From NCBI GenBank assembly GCA_963745235.1, contig CAVUXE010000099.1, positions 96,001 through 160,000 on the forward strand: 64,000 nt of DNA. The letters are read 5' to 3'. The notes beneath the pieces are model-generated. The model was not told the DNA's origin. It saw only the letters and a program-made list of their open reading frames with translations, and made no database searches. Below are positions 1 to 10,589 of this stretch, in pieces. Position numbers and translations under genes: made by a program. This DNA is from an uncultured Spirochaetota bacterium. GTDB lineage: Bacteria > Spirochaetota > Spirochaetia > SZUA-6 > Fen-1364. Within the stretch, counting starts at the first letter, position 1, and the number at the start of each line of letters is the position of its first letter.

Positions 1-561
1 TTGAAGGACGACGACTGGAAGGTCCGGGAGCAGTGCGCCAAGGGCCTGACGGGCCGCATGTCAGGGAGCCAGGCGGATACCGCGCTCCCGATACTGGAGT
101 TCAAGGCGCGCTATGATCCGATCAGCCAGGTGCGCGTTGCCGCCATCCAGGCCATGGGGGGCATGGGCGGCACCCAGGGTGAGGAAACTTTGGCCGCGCT
201 CTACCAGGGGGCAGGCTATCCCCCGGAGACGCGTGAGACGGCTCTCAAGGCGCTTGTCGGCAGGTCCCTGTCCCGGGCAATCGAAGCAGTAAGAGCGGTC
301 CTGGCAGCGGAGGGGAAGGGCGTTGATCAGAGGCCCATCGAGGCAACGGCCCGAGTCCTCTCCGAAGCGCAGGGGGCCGGCTTGAAGGACATCTACAGCA
401 CCATGCTTGCAAGCCCCGACGCCGCCGTCCGTGCCTACGCGATCCGCGGAGTGGCGGCAAATGGCTTCAATGATCTCAAGGACAGGCTGAAGGACATGTC
501 GACCAGGGACCCATCACCCCTGGTGCAGAGGGAAGCGGAGAAGGCGCTGTCGAAGCTGTAG
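1..561 (+). CDS. HEAT-repeat protein, 5'-truncated by window edge
   Basis: Repeated HEAT motifs: DDDWKVREQCA, DPISQVRVAAIQA, SPDAAVRAYAIRG, DPSPLVQREAEKAL. Stop TAG at 559-561. Confidence 0.8.
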   Translation: MKDDDWKVREQCAKGLTGRMSGSQADTALPILEFKARYDPISQVRVAAIQAMGGMGGTQGEETLAALYQGAGYPPETRETALKALVGRSLSRAIEAVRAVLAAEGKGVDQRPIEATARVLSEAQGAGLKDIYSTMLASPDAAVRAYAIRGVAANGFNDLKDRLKDMSTRDPSPLVQREAEKALSKL

Positions 562-572
562 GTCCGCGGCGG

Positions 573-591
573 AAGCGCGGGACGCGCGCTT
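573..591. terminator. Short GC hairpin between convergent genes
   Basis: AAGCGCG-GGACG-CGCGCTT inverted repeat; no clear U-tract. Confidence 0.3.
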
Positions 592-609
592 GAGGCGCAC
601 GTTCCGCGC

Positions 610-2397
610 CTATTTGCCTTCGTGCTGGACGGACCGCATGATCCTGTTGATCTCCTCCAGCGGTGACACCCACTCCCTGAAATGAAGGCTCATTTCCCTG
701 CCGTGTGGTCCGACGAACGGGATCTCCACGCCAAGGCAGTCCTCGATGGGACCGCTCAGCCCGGGGAACATGTCCGCGCGCAAAGGGGTGAACACGTACT
801 TCCCATCCTGGTTCCTTATCTGGGCGATGGAAGAAGGGACGCGCACCAGGAAGATGAGGTACGATGAGAAGCCTCCCCCGACGCTGCGGCCGCCGCCTTT
901 GGGAATCCTGTGGACGTTCCTGAAGCCGACGTGCTGGTTCTGGAGGCTCACGCGCATCTCGATAAGAGGCGCCAGGGTTCCCTGCTGGAGCTCGGACCTG
1001 GGTAGTGACCGCTTGAGGCTCGTCATGGTGGGCCGGACGCGCTTGCGGCCGGGTACCGGGACAGGGGCTTCGCGCTCCAGTGGCGCGCCCGTGAGACGCC
1101 CGGCGGGACCGCCGATGGAGAGGAGCGGGACCCTCTTGCCGAACGCCGGGCGCGCGGCCTGCGCCTCCCGCGCGCCGGACACCCGAGTTTCCGCCTCTTC
1201 AGCAGCCGCCGCTCCTCTTCTCTGCCGAGGCCCGGCTTCACCGGCTGCCGGGAGCACCCGGGCCCGCGCAAAGCCGGTCACCGGAACTTCCTGCATCTTT
1301 TGTCGCAGGAAGAGGAAGAGACGCACCAGGCCATACAGGATTGCAAGGGCAATAAGGATATACACGACGTACAGGAATGTCAGGCGAGGGATGGGAAGAC
1401 CGCCTTTGCCCGTGTAGGTGAATGAGAGAGTTCCCGTAGTGGGCGATATTCGCAGGTCGCCGTCGAAGATCAGCTGAACGTTTGCGGCGTGGTCGCCCGT
1501 GGGGTAGGACAAGGGAAGGCGGATAACGACATCAAGGGGAGCTTCGGCGTTCGGGGCAACGGTGATGGAGACTTTCCTGTCCAGGAGGTCGGTCCCATCG
1601 CTCTGCACGCTGGAAAGCCTGACAATGATGGGCTCCGATTTCCAGTTCTTCACCCGGAATGGAGCGGTAAAACGGTTGCCGACCTTCCCAAGGGCGGGAG
1701 GGAAGATCAGGCTCGGGAAGCCCGTCGTCATGCCCGTCACGGTCTGCTTCTCATTCTTGTGGTACGGCACGATGGGCACGCCCAGGCCCTGGGCCAGGTC
1801 AGGGAGGTAGCTCTTCAACCCTTCCTCTCCCGGGGCAGGCTCGGGCGGGACCTTGAGGATGTTGACCGTCCAGCCCTCTTTCTTCATGGCGGCCGCAACG
1901 TCCGCAACAGCTTTGCGGACATCCGCCTCACTCAGCTTGCTGGTATCGCTTCCGGGAGGGGGGTCGTTGACGCCGTCGGTGATCAGGATGATCTGCTTCG
2001 GATTGGTCTCCGGCAGCTCCTTGGCGTACTTGTACAGGAACTGGAGCGCGGCAGGCAGATCCGTGTACCTGCCCAGCGGGTGCAGGAGGAGGATCCTCCC
2101 GAATGCCCGGTCCACGGCCTCAGAGCTGTTGATCTCCAGGGCGATCTCCACCTCCGGCGTGCTGTCAAAGCTGAGCAGGTGGAATGTGTCTCCCCGGTGC
2201 AGCCGCGTGGCGAGCAGGTCATGGATGAGGTAGTTCATCAGGTCGTCGAAATACGGAAACATGCTGGCCGAGGTGTCAACCATGACGATCAGGTCGATGT
2301 TCTCCGCTGCGGCCGGCATCACGGCAAGGAAGAATGCAAGGACGGCGACAGCGATCAGGAGGGCGCGCGGGGCGCCGTGTCTGCCATTTTTCCTCAT
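610..2397 (-). CDS. vWA (MIDAS) domain membrane protein: signal peptide, vWA, beta-rich domain, TM, cytoplasmic domain
   Basis: Start MRKNG at 2397 overlaps the greA stop (ATGA). MIDAS elements DTSASM, YTD and ITDG. TM segment FLYVVYILIALAILYGLVRLFLFL. Confidence 0.8.
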   Translation of the reverse strand: MRKNGRHGAPRALLIAVAVLAFFLAVMPAAAENIDLIVMVDTSASMFPYFDDLMNYLIHDLLATRLHRGDTFHLLSFDSTPEVEIALEINSSEAVDRAFGRILLLHPLGRYTDLPAALQFLYKYAKELPETNPKQIILITDGVNDPPPGSDTSKLSEADVRKAVADVAAAMKKEGWTVNILKVPPEPAPGEEGLKSYLPDLAQGLGVPIVPYHKNEKQTVTGMTTGFPSLIFPPALGKVGNRFTAPFRVKNWKSEPIIVRLSSVQSDGTDLLDRKVSITVAPNAEAPLDVVIRLPLSYPTGDHAANVQLIFDGDLRISPTTGTLSFTYTGKGGLPIPRLTFLYVVYILIALAILYGLVRLFLFLRQKMQEVPVTGFARARVLPAAGEAGPRQRRGAAAAEEAETRVSGAREAQAARPAFGKRVPLLSIGGPAGRLTGAPLEREAPVPVPGRKRVRPTMTSLKRSLPRSELQQGTLAPLIEMRVSLQNQHVGFRNVHRIPKGGGRSVGGGFSSYLIFLVRVPSSIAQIRNQDGKYVFTPLRADMFPGLSGPIEDCLGVEIPFVGPHGREMSLHFREWVSPLEEINRIMRSVQHEGK

Positions 2398-5093
2398 ATG
2401 TTTTTCAGATCCGCCTTCTCGATGTTCTCGACGATGTAGTGAAACTCGTTCTGGTTGATCGTGAATGCGAACTCTTCTCCCGGCTTGTGAGCCCAGAGCG
2501 CGGCCCCCAGCGGTGAAAGATACGAAATGACGTTCCTGCTCGGATTGGACTCCCACGGGCCCAGGATGACGTATTCTTCGATCTGGCTCGACTTGAGGTT
2601 CTTCAGGCGCGCCCGTGTCCCGAAGGAGATGCTTTCCGTCCTCACCTCGTTCTCGTTGAAGATCTGCGCCTGCTGGACCTCCTCCTTCAGGCGCGACGCG
2701 GTGACCTTGAGCATCTCCTGCTTCTCCAGGGCGGCCTTGTATTCCGCGTTCTCCCGCAGGTCTCCCTTGCTCATGGCCACGCCGATCTCCTTCGAGTTTT
2801 CGGGTATCTCCACGTCGATCACGCGTTTGAGGTCCTGCTGCTTCTTCTCGAAGCTCGCCCTCGTCACGAGGAGCCCCAGGCTGACCTTCTCCACCCCTGG
2901 CTCTCCCAGGAAGTGGAAATCCGGGAATCTCTCCTTGATCCGGTGCTTCAGCTGGATCTTCAGCGACGGGTCGAGCTCCTTGACGTCGTCCACGAGCGTG
3001 AACAAGCGGGTGATCGAATCCCTGTCAGCGGCCATGAGAAACTCCAGGAGCCTGCCCTCCTCAAAGAGGAACTCCTGGATCTGGCGGTTGGCCTTCCTGC
3101 CGACGCTTGCGTTCTGCTTGTTGGCAATATCGCGGAAGGTGATGTCCAGGAGGTGGATCATGCCGATGAAGACCTTCTCCCGTGAGATCGATATGCGCTC
3201 CTCGAGCCAGCGCTCCCGCAGGAGGTTCTTGGCAACCCAGACAAACGCCTCTCTCTGCTCGCGGTACCGGGAGACAACGGAGGAAAGCATGGTGCCCAGG
3301 ACGTCCCACTGCGCGTTTGCCACCAGCTCATCTACAATGAACTTGGATGGGAACATCACGAACAGACGCGTGAAGACGGACGGCCAGTCCGCGATGTTCT
3401 TCTTCACCGCCACCAGGAACTCCTTCTTCAGGTCCGGGTCTTCCAGCCGGGAGAACGTTTCCTCCAGGTTCTCGATCTTCCCGAACAGCTCCTCGAAGGT
3501 CAGCTGCACGCCGGTGGACAGGAAGGGATAGAAGGTGATGATCTTCTGGACCAGCAGCCAGCTTCCGATCACCGTTTCGGAGACCGCCGTATATCCCTTC
3601 AGGAACGACGTGAAGTAGGAGAACATCTCCGTGAACCAGTCAGAGTCCGGCTCCGCTCGTCCGCCCTGGATGTAGTCCTCCATGGTCTTCACCCGCTCGA
3701 AGAAGCCCTTTTCCGCCTTGAACTTGTTGTAGATCTTCTCCTCGAAGGATATCGGCTTGTCGCGCACCACGAACTGGTCCACCTTGTCCGGCAGGTTGCC
3801 GAAGGCGGAATCCTTTTTCAGGATGGAGCGGGCCTCGGTGCTCCATCGAGACCACTCCCCCGCGCCGAGCACGTCCGGAACCAGCTCCGCCTTGATCTTC
3901 TTCATGTCGGCCTGGTTGCCGAAGCTCCGGATGATGGTCCGCAGCGCCCACGCAGGCTCACCCTTGATCTTCTGGGCGAGCTCTTCCTTGGACATGGTCC
4001 TCTTGAGGACCCAGACATGCTCCGCGGAGAGGACCTCCAGGGCGCTCACCGCCATCTTGAGAGACATCTTGTGCTGCGACTTGTTGGAAAAGTCGATGGT
4101 GAAAGTGTCATCCTTGCTTGCCGAGATGCGGCCGATGCCCCACGTGCGGTGAAACACGTAGTTGCCGGTGTCGAAGGCGATGTGCTTCTCGAAATCCGCG
4201 ATAGCTTCATGCACGTTGCGCCAGTTCTGCGTGAGGTTGGAGATCTTTATGTACTCCTCCAGCTGGCTGTGCTTGGCGTATTTCTGCCGGTAGCACTCAA
4301 TGATGTCTTTCCGCGCGGGGCCGTTCTTCGAGTCGTAGGCAAGGATCTTTTTCAGGATCTCTATGGAGGTGTCCCAGTCTTCCTTCTCCTTGTAGTGCGG
4401 GATGAGCGTGCTCAGGAGAGCACCGGCGCGCTCGCCGCTGATTGCCCGCGCAATGCGCCCCTCGATGTGGAAAAAGAAGTCGATGTCTTCCGGGCTCAGG
4501 TGGATGAGCTTGTCCCACAGCTCCTTCACGCTGGCGAACTGTTTCTTGTTGATGAAACGGTGGATCGCCTTCTTGTAGTAGTCAACCGCGGCGGCGAGGT
4601 CCCCGTCCTGCTCCCGCTTTTCTCCGAGGATCTTGACGATGTCCGCTTCCTCGTAGTCCACGCGGATGAGCCGGTCCCACACCTCCAGCTTCTTTGCTTC
4701 GTCAGTGCGGTTTTCGTAGCATTCCCCCAGCGTGCGCAGGGCGTACTTGTTCTCACCGTATTCCAATATTCTTTCGGCCAGGAACTCCACGACGTTCCAC
4801 TTGTGGTTGTCCATGAATATGCTGATCAGCATGATCAGGTTGGTGTCATCCACCAGCTCGCGGGACAGCGCCAGCACGCCGGAGAGGTACAGGGCGATGA
4901 TGGAGTTGCTCGTGTGCTTGAGATGCTCACCGGCGAGCTCCCGCACCTCCTCCGCAATCCCTTCCTCCCGAGCCTGCTCGATGAGCGCGTCAAGGTCCTT
5001 GAAGTTGGTGATCGAGTAGCTGTTCAAAGTCGCACGGGTCCACTTCTCCTCATTGAGAAGGTCAGTAATCGTCTTCAGCAGTTCCGTTGCCAT
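2394..5093 (-). CDS. greA: Transcription elongation factor GreA, long spirochaete form (899 aa)
   Basis: C-terminal GreA motifs GDLRENAEYKAA and ILGPWES..ISYLSPLG, with a long helical N-terminal extension. Confidence 0.92.
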   Translation of the reverse strand: MATELLKTITDLLNEEKWTRATLNSYSITNFKDLDALIEQAREEGIAEEVRELAGEHLKHTSNSIIALYLSGVLALSRELVDDTNLIMLISIFMDNHKWNVVEFLAERILEYGENKYALRTLGECYENRTDEAKKLEVWDRLIRVDYEEADIVKILGEKREQDGDLAAAVDYYKKAIHRFINKKQFASVKELWDKLIHLSPEDIDFFFHIEGRIARAISGERAGALLSTLIPHYKEKEDWDTSIEILKKILAYDSKNGPARKDIIECYRQKYAKHSQLEEYIKISNLTQNWRNVHEAIADFEKHIAFDTGNYVFHRTWGIGRISASKDDTFTIDFSNKSQHKMSLKMAVSALEVLSAEHVWVLKRTMSKEELAQKIKGEPAWALRTIIRSFGNQADMKKIKAELVPDVLGAGEWSRWSTEARSILKKDSAFGNLPDKVDQFVVRDKPISFEEKIYNKFKAEKGFFERVKTMEDYIQGGRAEPDSDWFTEMFSYFTSFLKGYTAVSETVIGSWLLVQKIITFYPFLSTGVQLTFEELFGKIENLEETFSRLEDPDLKKEFLVAVKKNIADWPSVFTRLFVMFPSKFIVDELVANAQWDVLGTMLSSVVSRYREQREAFVWVAKNLLRERWLEERISISREKVFIGMIHLLDITFRDIANKQNASVGRKANRQIQEFLFEEGRLLEFLMAADRDSITRLFTLVDDVKELDPSLKIQLKHRIKERFPDFHFLGEPGVEKVSLGLLVTRASFEKKQQDLKRVIDVEIPENSKEIGVAMSKGDLRENAEYKAALEKQEMLKVTASRLKEEVQQAQIFNENEVRTESISFGTRARLKNLKSSQIEEYVILGPWESNPSRNVISYLSPLGAALWAHKPGEEFAFTINQNEFHYIVENIEKADLKNI

Positions 5094-5124
5094 TCTTCAC
5101 TCCTCCAAACCGGTTCCATTCTTC

Positions 5125-6066
5125 CTACGTCGTATATTCCCTGTGCACCTGGGGGTCCAGGTCCCGAATCTTCTCCAGGACCTCCTCGATGCGCTCTCTC
5201 TGCTCGCCGGCCGCCAGGTAGTGGTCGATGAGCCAGAAGTAGCGGTTGATCAGCCGGGGCACCAGGAGCTCGCGTTCGACCTCCTGCTCCTTTTCCAGCT
5301 GGTAGACGGCCTGCTTGAGCTTGCCCAGCTCCAGCGGCTTCAGCTCGCGCCGCACGTTGAACACCCCCCAGATGGCCCCCCACACGGGGACCCATTCGTT
5401 CAGCGCCGGGCCCGAGAGTCCCATGCCGCGCAGCTTTCCGCAAAGCCGCGCGATGAGCGGGGATTCGAGGCCGGCCAGATCGATGGCCTGGGCGTCTATG
5501 AAGAAGGCCTCGCGGAAAAAGACCTTCGCCGCCCGCGTCTCGTTCACCAGCGAATAGCAGTCCGCCAGCTCCGCCAGGATCTGCGCGTCTTCCTTCCTCT
5601 CCAGGTTGGCCCGCTCGAGGTGCTCGATGGCCTTCTCGTAGTTCCCGATGCCCTTGCAGCAGCGGCCGACTTGAAGGAGAAGGTCAGGGTCGGTCGGCTC
5701 CTGCTCCGCGGAGGCGCTGAGGTAGCTTGCGAGCGCGGAAGAGAAGACATACTGCTTGATGGCAAACAGGTACCTCTCCGGCACATCAGCGAGCCTCTGC
5801 TCAAAGGCCAGGAAAAGCTTCCAATAGGCGAGGAGCGTCTCTCCCCGCTCGAAGCCGTCCCGAGGGACAAGCTCTCTTTCCAGGCGCTCGCTCCAGAAGG
5901 AGGCGCACTTGAGCACGGAGGCGGCGCCAGGGTATTCCACGTCCATTTCCAGCACCTTCTCCAGCGCGTCGATTGCCTCAGAAAACGCTCCCTCTCTCAG
6001 ATTCTGGCAGGCGGTATTGAGAACCTGGTTGATCGTGTCGTCCGGAATGAGCCGCCTCTCTGTCAT
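5125..6066 (-). CDS. Tetratricopeptide repeat protein
   Basis: TPR motifs (LLLQVGRCCKGIGNYEKAIEHLERA; ILAELADCYSLV). ATG at 6066 preferred. Confidence 0.8.
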   Translation of the reverse strand: MTERRLIPDDTINQVLNTACQNLREGAFSEAIDALEKVLEMDVEYPGAASVLKCASFWSERLERELVPRDGFERGETLLAYWKLFLAFEQRLADVPERYLFAIKQYVFSSALASYLSASAEQEPTDPDLLLQVGRCCKGIGNYEKAIEHLERANLERKEDAQILAELADCYSLVNETRAAKVFFREAFFIDAQAIDLAGLESPLIARLCGKLRGMGLSGPALNEWVPVWGAIWGVFNVRRELKPLELGKLKQAVYQLEKEQEVERELLVPRLINRYFWLIDHYLAAGEQRERIEEVLEKIRDLDPQVHREYTT

Positions 6067-6239
6067 TCGGTTGGGAGATAGCGTAAACACTGCCGGAAAG
6101 AGCAATTACTGTCTATCACACCCCGCGATGAGTATCGCATTCCAGCTGTTTTTCGTCAATGAGGCATCACCAAACACCATGCGGTAGGTCCCAGCGTCTC
6201 GTTTGCAAACAAGGACGCTTTTGATACAATGGGAATGGT

Positions 6240-6908
6240 ATGGCTGCAGGCGAAAGGAAAATCCTCATTGCGCCCTCTGTTCTCTCCGCGGACTTCGGAT
6301 CGTTGGCGGACGCCGTCAGGCTGGTGGAGAAGTCCGGAGGGGATTTCGTGCACCTGGACGTCATGGACGGGTGCTTTGTCCCGCAGATCACCTTTGGCCA
6401 GAAGGCTGTCACCGACCTGCGCCCCGTCTCCCGCCTTCCCTTCGACACGCACCTGATGATCTGCCAGCCGGAGCACGCCATTGACGGATTCTGCGAGGCC
6501 GGCACGAACTACCTCACGGTCCACTGGGAGGCGGCCACACACATGCACAGGATCCTCACGGAGATCCGAAAGAAGGGGAGCCGGCCGGGAATCGCAATCG
6601 TGCCATCCACGCCCGCGGAAGCCCTTGTCGAGGTGCTTCCCCTGGTCGACATGGTGCTCGTCATGACGGTCAACCCGGGGTTCGGGGGCCAGGAGCTGAT
6701 ACCCCGGTGCCTGCGAAAGGTGGAGGCGCTGGACAGGATGAGGCGCTCGGGGGGACATCAGTTCCTGATCGAGGTGGACGGTGGGATCAACAGGGGCACC
6801 GTCCAGTCCGCGCTGAACGCGGGAGCGGACGTCATTGTCGCGGGCTCCGCGGTTTTCAACGCGCCTGATCCCTCGGAGGAAGTAGCCCTCCTGAGAGGCA
6901 AATGGTAG
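6240..6908 (+). CDS. rpe: Ribulose-phosphate 3-epimerase
   Basis: IAPSVLSADF, HLDVMDG, DTHLM, MTVNPGFGGQ and EVDGGI motifs. Confidence 0.97.
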   Translation: MAAGERKILIAPSVLSADFGSLADAVRLVEKSGGDFVHLDVMDGCFVPQITFGQKAVTDLRPVSRLPFDTHLMICQPEHAIDGFCEAGTNYLTVHWEAATHMHRILTEIRKKGSRPGIAIVPSTPAEALVEVLPLVDMVLVMTVNPGFGGQELIPRCLRKVEALDRMRRSGGHQFLIEVDGGINRGTVQSALNAGADVIVAGSAVFNAPDPSEEVALLRGKW

Positions 6909-6911
6909 AAT
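6903..6911 (+). promoter_or_regulatory. Putative extended -10 promoter for the TPR-dtd-mutY gene string
   Basis: TGG-TAGAAT overlapping the rpe stop; SD AAGGAGGT before ATG 7003. Confidence 0.45.
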
Positions 6912-7002
6912 CTCCGACGGCCCGCCCGGGGCGCGGCGCCGCTGCTTTCGTTTCAGTTTGGCGCGCAGCCAGTCGAAAGTTTAAGGAGGTGCAAAAAAGC
7001 GC

Positions 7003-7974
7003 ATGAAGCATCCGAGCCTTTGCCTCCTCATTTCGGTGTTCGGCCTCAGTGCGCTCGTCATTTCCGCGCAGGCTCCCCTCTTGAACCAGGCCATCCAGCT
7101 CTTTCGAAACGGGCAATACGAGAAAGCGCTTCCCGTTCTTCGTGCCGTGATCGACGACCCGTCGGCCGCGGCCCAGAAGCCGGATGCATACCTGCTGATT
7201 GCGAAATCGTACATGGCCCTCGGCAAGCTGGATGAAGCAGACAAGAGCCTTGAGCTCTACCTGACAAGCTTCGTCGGAGCCGCAGACTATCCCGAGGCCC
7301 TTTACCAGAAGGGGAGGCTCCTGTTTCTCCAGGAGGAATACGAGCAGTCCATCCAGGCCCTTCAGCAGTTCATTACCACGTATCCGGCCTCCCCCTTCGT
7401 TTCCAACGCGTGGTTCTGGGTCGGAGAGAGCCTCTACAGCCTTGGCCACGTGGATGACGCCCAGAAGATCTATCAGAAGATCCTCACCGATTTCCCATCG
7501 AGCGTGAAAGTCGAAGCCGCGCAGTACAAGGTTTCCCTGATTCAGCTGCAGAAAAGAGAGATCGAGCTCGGCAAGCTCCTGAAGTGGAGCCATGAGGACT
7601 TCCTCAGAAGCCTGGAGGAGTTCCAGCGCCGGGAGAAAACGTATGAGCAGGCCATAGAGATTTATCAGAAAAAGCTCGGGGGCGGCGCCGACCAGGACCA
7701 GAAGACCATCTCTGACCTTCGCGCAGAGCTTGCCAGGAAAACGGCGGAGGCACAGGACCTGTCAGCGAAGCTTGCCCAGGCTGGAGCTTTGCCCGCTGCC
7801 GCAGGCGGCGCGGCCGCGCCGGCCACCGGCGCCCAGGGTCCCGGCTCAACCGCCGCGGCGTCCCAGCTGGCGCAGATCGAGCAGCGCGAGCGCCTGCTTG
7901 CAATCAAGGAAGAGGCCCTTGCGCTGAAGGAGAAGTACCTAGCGGCCCTCGAGTCTTCGGCAGGGGTGAAATGA
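7003..7974 (+). CDS. Exported TPR protein (CpoB/BamD-like repeats) with coiled-coil tail
   Basis: Signal peptide; TPRs (AIQLFRNGQYEKA; FITTYPASPFVSNAWFWVGES; ILTDFPSS). Confidence 0.8.
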   Translation: MKHPSLCLLISVFGLSALVISAQAPLLNQAIQLFRNGQYEKALPVLRAVIDDPSAAAQKPDAYLLIAKSYMALGKLDEADKSLELYLTSFVGAADYPEALYQKGRLLFLQEEYEQSIQALQQFITTYPASPFVSNAWFWVGESLYSLGHVDDAQKIYQKILTDFPSSVKVEAAQYKVSLIQLQKREIELGKLLKWSHEDFLRSLEEFQRREKTYEQAIEIYQKKLGGGADQDQKTISDLRAELARKTAEAQDLSAKLAQAGALPAAAGGAAAPATGAQGPGSTAAASQLAQIEQRERLLAIKEEALALKEKYLAALESSAGVK

Positions 7975-9032
7975 GCGTGCGCGCAGGGTCCCTGCTCGCG
8001 CTGCTCCTCCTTGCGGCCGCTCTCCCTGCCTCCGCGCTGGAGCTGAGCCAGGGAAGGATCAAGCTCACCCTCGTCGAAGGTACCGGCAGGTTCTCCCTTT
8101 CGTATCTCACCGCGGCGGGCTCGTACGTTCCCCTCCTTTCCCCGCAGGATCCGAGGACAACGATGTTGAGCATCGTCCTGAACAGCAGCATCTTCAGAAT
8201 GGGAGATTCAGCCAGTTTCACTGAGACAGTCGAGAAAACGGGCACCGGCGCGCAATTCGTCTGGAAGTCGGATTTCCTCACGGTTACCGAGGGTTTTTCT
8301 TTCATCTCCTCCGTCGGGGCAACGGCGGCAGACGGCATGCGCATCGATCTGACGCTGAAAAATACCTCCCGCCAGGACTTCACTGCCGGCGTGCGCTACC
8401 TCTTCGACACGTGGCTCGGTGAGACAGGACCGACGCCATTTGCAACGGACACAATGCCCGTGATCAAACGCGAAACAACCCTCTCCGGCCGCAGCCTTCC
8501 ACGCTGGTGGGTGTCCCCGCTCGCCGGTGATCCTGAGCAGCTGGGACTCCAGTGCATGGTGACGGAAGACGGAATCACGCAGCCGGACAGGATCGTGTTC
8601 GCCAACTGGAAAAGGCTGAGCGACGCGGCCTGGGCCTATGATTCATCCAGTGCCAGGGACTTCAGCCTCCTGCCGTACTCCAAGAACGATTCCGCCGTAG
8701 CCCAGTATTACGCGGCGCGCCCCCTGGGGCAGGGCAGCCAGTTTACCGTGACAATCGTGCTCGGCAAGTTCAATCCCGCCGGATTCCCGGCCACCACTGC
8801 CGTAGCCTTGGGAGATTTCGCGGGGGCGGTGCAGCAGTCCCTTGCGGCCGGGAAATCTGCGGCGGGAGGCGCCCCCGCGATGCGGGCGAACCTGGACACG
8901 GTGAACACCATTCTCTCACGCGTTGACGCCGCGCTTGCCCCCGGGGGTGCCGACGTCACGGAGAGCGAGCTCACCGTGATGGAGTCCGCCATCCGCGACC
9001 TGAAGGCCCGCGCTTCGACGAACAGCAAATGA
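7971..9032 (+). CDS. Exported hypothetical protein
   Basis: Signal peptide ending ASA-LE; ATGA coupling at both ends; beta-rich sequence. Confidence 0.75.
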   Translation: MSVRAGSLLALLLLAAALPASALELSQGRIKLTLVEGTGRFSLSYLTAAGSYVPLLSPQDPRTTMLSIVLNSSIFRMGDSASFTETVEKTGTGAQFVWKSDFLTVTEGFSFISSVGATAADGMRIDLTLKNTSRQDFTAGVRYLFDTWLGETGPTPFATDTMPVIKRETTLSGRSLPRWWVSPLAGDPEQLGLQCMVTEDGITQPDRIVFANWKRLSDAAWAYDSSSARDFSLLPYSKNDSAVAQYYAARPLGQGSQFTVTIVLGKFNPAGFPATTAVALGDFAGAVQQSLAAGKSAAGGAPAMRANLDTVNTILSRVDAALAPGGADVTESELTVMESAIRDLKARASTNSK

Positions 9033-10103
9033 AGGGGAAAGGCCTCGGCGAGGCGCGAAAACTCTTTCGAGCCCGCAAGTTCCCGGATGTCATACGAATC
9101 CTCGAGCCGGAGGTCTTCCGCTACCGGGAGAGCTTTGACTACTTTTCCCTGCTCGGATTCTCCTGCATGCACACGGGAGATTTGGGCGGCGCCTTCTCTT
9201 ACCTGAGCCGGGCCCGGCAGCTTTCTCGGGACAGCGTAAGCGCCCTCCTCGGACTTGCCGCAATCCATTTCCGGCGTCACGAGACCGAGGAAGCCATCAA
9301 GCGCTGGCTTGAAGTTCTCGAGTTGGAGCCGGGCAACAAGGTTGCCCGCCGGGGAATGGACCTGCTTCGTCGCGGTCTGTCGCCGGAGAAGCTCCAGGAA
9401 TACATAGACGCGGGGAAGGTGCGCGCGCTGTACCCGCCGCTCCCGGCACGGGGCAGGGCGGGGCTCATCGCCATCATCCTGCTGGGGGCAGTAGCGCTGG
9501 GCGCCGCCGGCTACCTGGGGGTGCGGTATTTCCCGCAGCGGACGGCCGAGCGACCAGGCGTTTCCGGTATCGACATTCCCAGCGACATCCCCCGGCTCAC
9601 TGACACGGGGTCGGATTTCACCTACATGATGACTGAAAACGACGTCCGCAACGCGTTCAGGAAGGCCAAGGGTTTCCTCCTGGCATATCGCGACAACATG
9701 GCAACCGTTGAGATAAACCGCATTCTCCTGTCGAACGCCGCTGTTCCCGTCAAGGAAAGGGCGCGAATGCTCAAGGGCTTCGTGACCCAACCGGACTTCC
9801 TGACCTTGAAGGATTCCTTCCCCTACCCGGACGGTTGCCGGGGAGCCTCCCCTCTATGACGGTTGCTCGGTGAGCTGGCGCGGGAAAATCGCGAACCTCA
9901 AGGTCGGAAAAAGCGCAATAACTTTCGACCTGCTCGTCGGCTATGACAAGGAAAAAGAGCTGGAGGGGATTGTCCCTGTCACCCTGGGCTTTGCCGCTGA
10001 TCTCGCCAACGGCGGCGGGATCGAGGTGCTGGGCCAGATAGCCTACGCTGCCGGCAAGCTCGGTCTGAACGCCATCTCCATTCACAAGCTGGCTGGAAAC
10101 TAG
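9029..10103 (+). CDS. TPR membrane protein, single +1 indel near 9829
   Basis: N-terminal TPRs and a TM segment. Removing one base joins FPYP to [19 protein letters not shown] and ORF 9870-10103. Confidence 0.75.
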
Positions 10104-10113
10104 GGGGGGCACG

Positions 10114-10563
10114 GTGCGCGCCGTCGTTCAGCGGGTCCGGGAGGCCGCCGTCAATGTCGGTGAGCGACAGGCGGGCAGAATCAGCTCCGGGCTGCTCGTG
10201 TACCTCGCGGTGGGCAGGGACGACACGGACCGGGATGTGCGCGCCATCTGCGACAAGATCGCGAACCTTCGGATTTTTCCCGACGAAAATGGAAAGATGA
10301 ACCTTTCCGTCACGGAGCTGCACGGAGAGATCCTGGTGGTTTCCCAGTTCACTCTCTTCGGGGACGCCCGCGAGGGAAGACGTCCGTCCTACACGGAGGC
10401 CGCGCCTCCTGAGCTTGCACGGACCCTGTACGAGAAGGCAGTTGAGGTCTTGCGGCTTGCGGGGTTCACGGTGGCCACCGGAGAGTTTCAAGCGTCCATG
10501 GAAGTCACCTACACCAACGTCGGGCCCGTGACCATCCTCCTGGATTCGGAGAAGAAGTTCTGA
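10114..10563 (+). CDS. dtd: D-aminoacyl-tRNA deacylase
   Basis: MRAVVQRV, SQFTL and NVGPVTI motifs. Confidence 0.97.
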   Translation: MRAVVQRVREAAVNVGERQAGRISSGLLVYLAVGRDDTDRDVRAICDKIANLRIFPDENGKMNLSVTELHGEILVVSQFTLFGDAREGRRPSYTEAAPPELARTLYEKAVEVLRLAGFTVATGEFQASMEVTYTNVGPVTILLDSEKKF

Positions 10564-10589
10564 TCCCCGGGCTTCGAAGCTTCCGGGCC

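Noticed and set aside
1489-6081. Long antisense ORFs (e.g. 1489-2439, 2527-3531, 4017-5231, 5053-6081 and similar elsewhere)
   Set aside because: Shadow ORFs of real genes, expected from high-GC codon bias; no recognisable motifs.
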